Shown: positions 29,550 to 29,562 of the stretch, piece by piece
Layout: every line of letters begins with the position of its first letter
How positions within the stretch are numbered: position 1 is the first letter of the stretch
Assembly: GCA_041498975.1 (NCBI GenBank)
Contig: JBGQJI010000014.1
Location: 1 to 29,562, forward strand
DNA length: 29,562 nucleotides
From: Candidatus Methylomirabilis sp.
GTDB taxonomy: Bacteria; Methylomirabilota; Methylomirabilia; Methylomirabilales; Methylomirabilaceae
Direction: 5' to 3'
Notes under the pieces: model-generated
The model's database searches: none
Told to the model about the DNA's origin: nothing
Seen by the model: only the letters and a program-made list of their open reading frames with translations
Made by a program: the position numbers and the translations under genes

Positions 29550-29562
29550 CGATCTCGCCCCC

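Overview
GC-rich chromosomal segment of a diderm bacterium (lptD, mlaD/mlaC and tolC present). The gene style is reminiscent of Methylomirabilota/NC10-like or deltaproteobacteria-like genomes, but that is only an impression. Most genes are on the minus strand. From left to right: (1) a surface-glycosylation-like cluster with a GT-C-like membrane protein, a GT2, a UDP-galactopyranose-mutase-like flavoprotein carrying a C-terminal membrane domain, and a stand-alone paralog of that domain; (2) cytochrome c, hemL, hemB, lptD and a VIT1/CCC1 transporter; (3) an accessory patch with a toxin-first RelE/ParE-Phd TA pair, a SAM methyltransferase, an AT-rich HNH nuclease broken by one in-frame stop, and a REP-associated tyrosine transposase (RAYT) with GTAG-type REPs; (4) an HD phosphohydrolase and a HelY/Ski2-like RNA helicase, transcribed divergently from an uncharacterised four-gene operon (two helical proteins, a ferritin-like protein, an Sm-like protein); (5) an ethylmalonyl-CoA-pathway-like cluster (ccr, a short Mcd-like acyl-CoA dehydrogenase, an atypical acyl-CoA mutase large subunit, a small protein, an Lrp/AsnC ligand-binding domain, a MaoC/PhaJ hydratase); (6) mlaC, tolC and mlaD. 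At least three distinct small-repeat families occupy intergenic gaps. No rRNA, tRNA or CRISPR array was seen. All protein-family calls come from motif recognition by eye, not from database searches.
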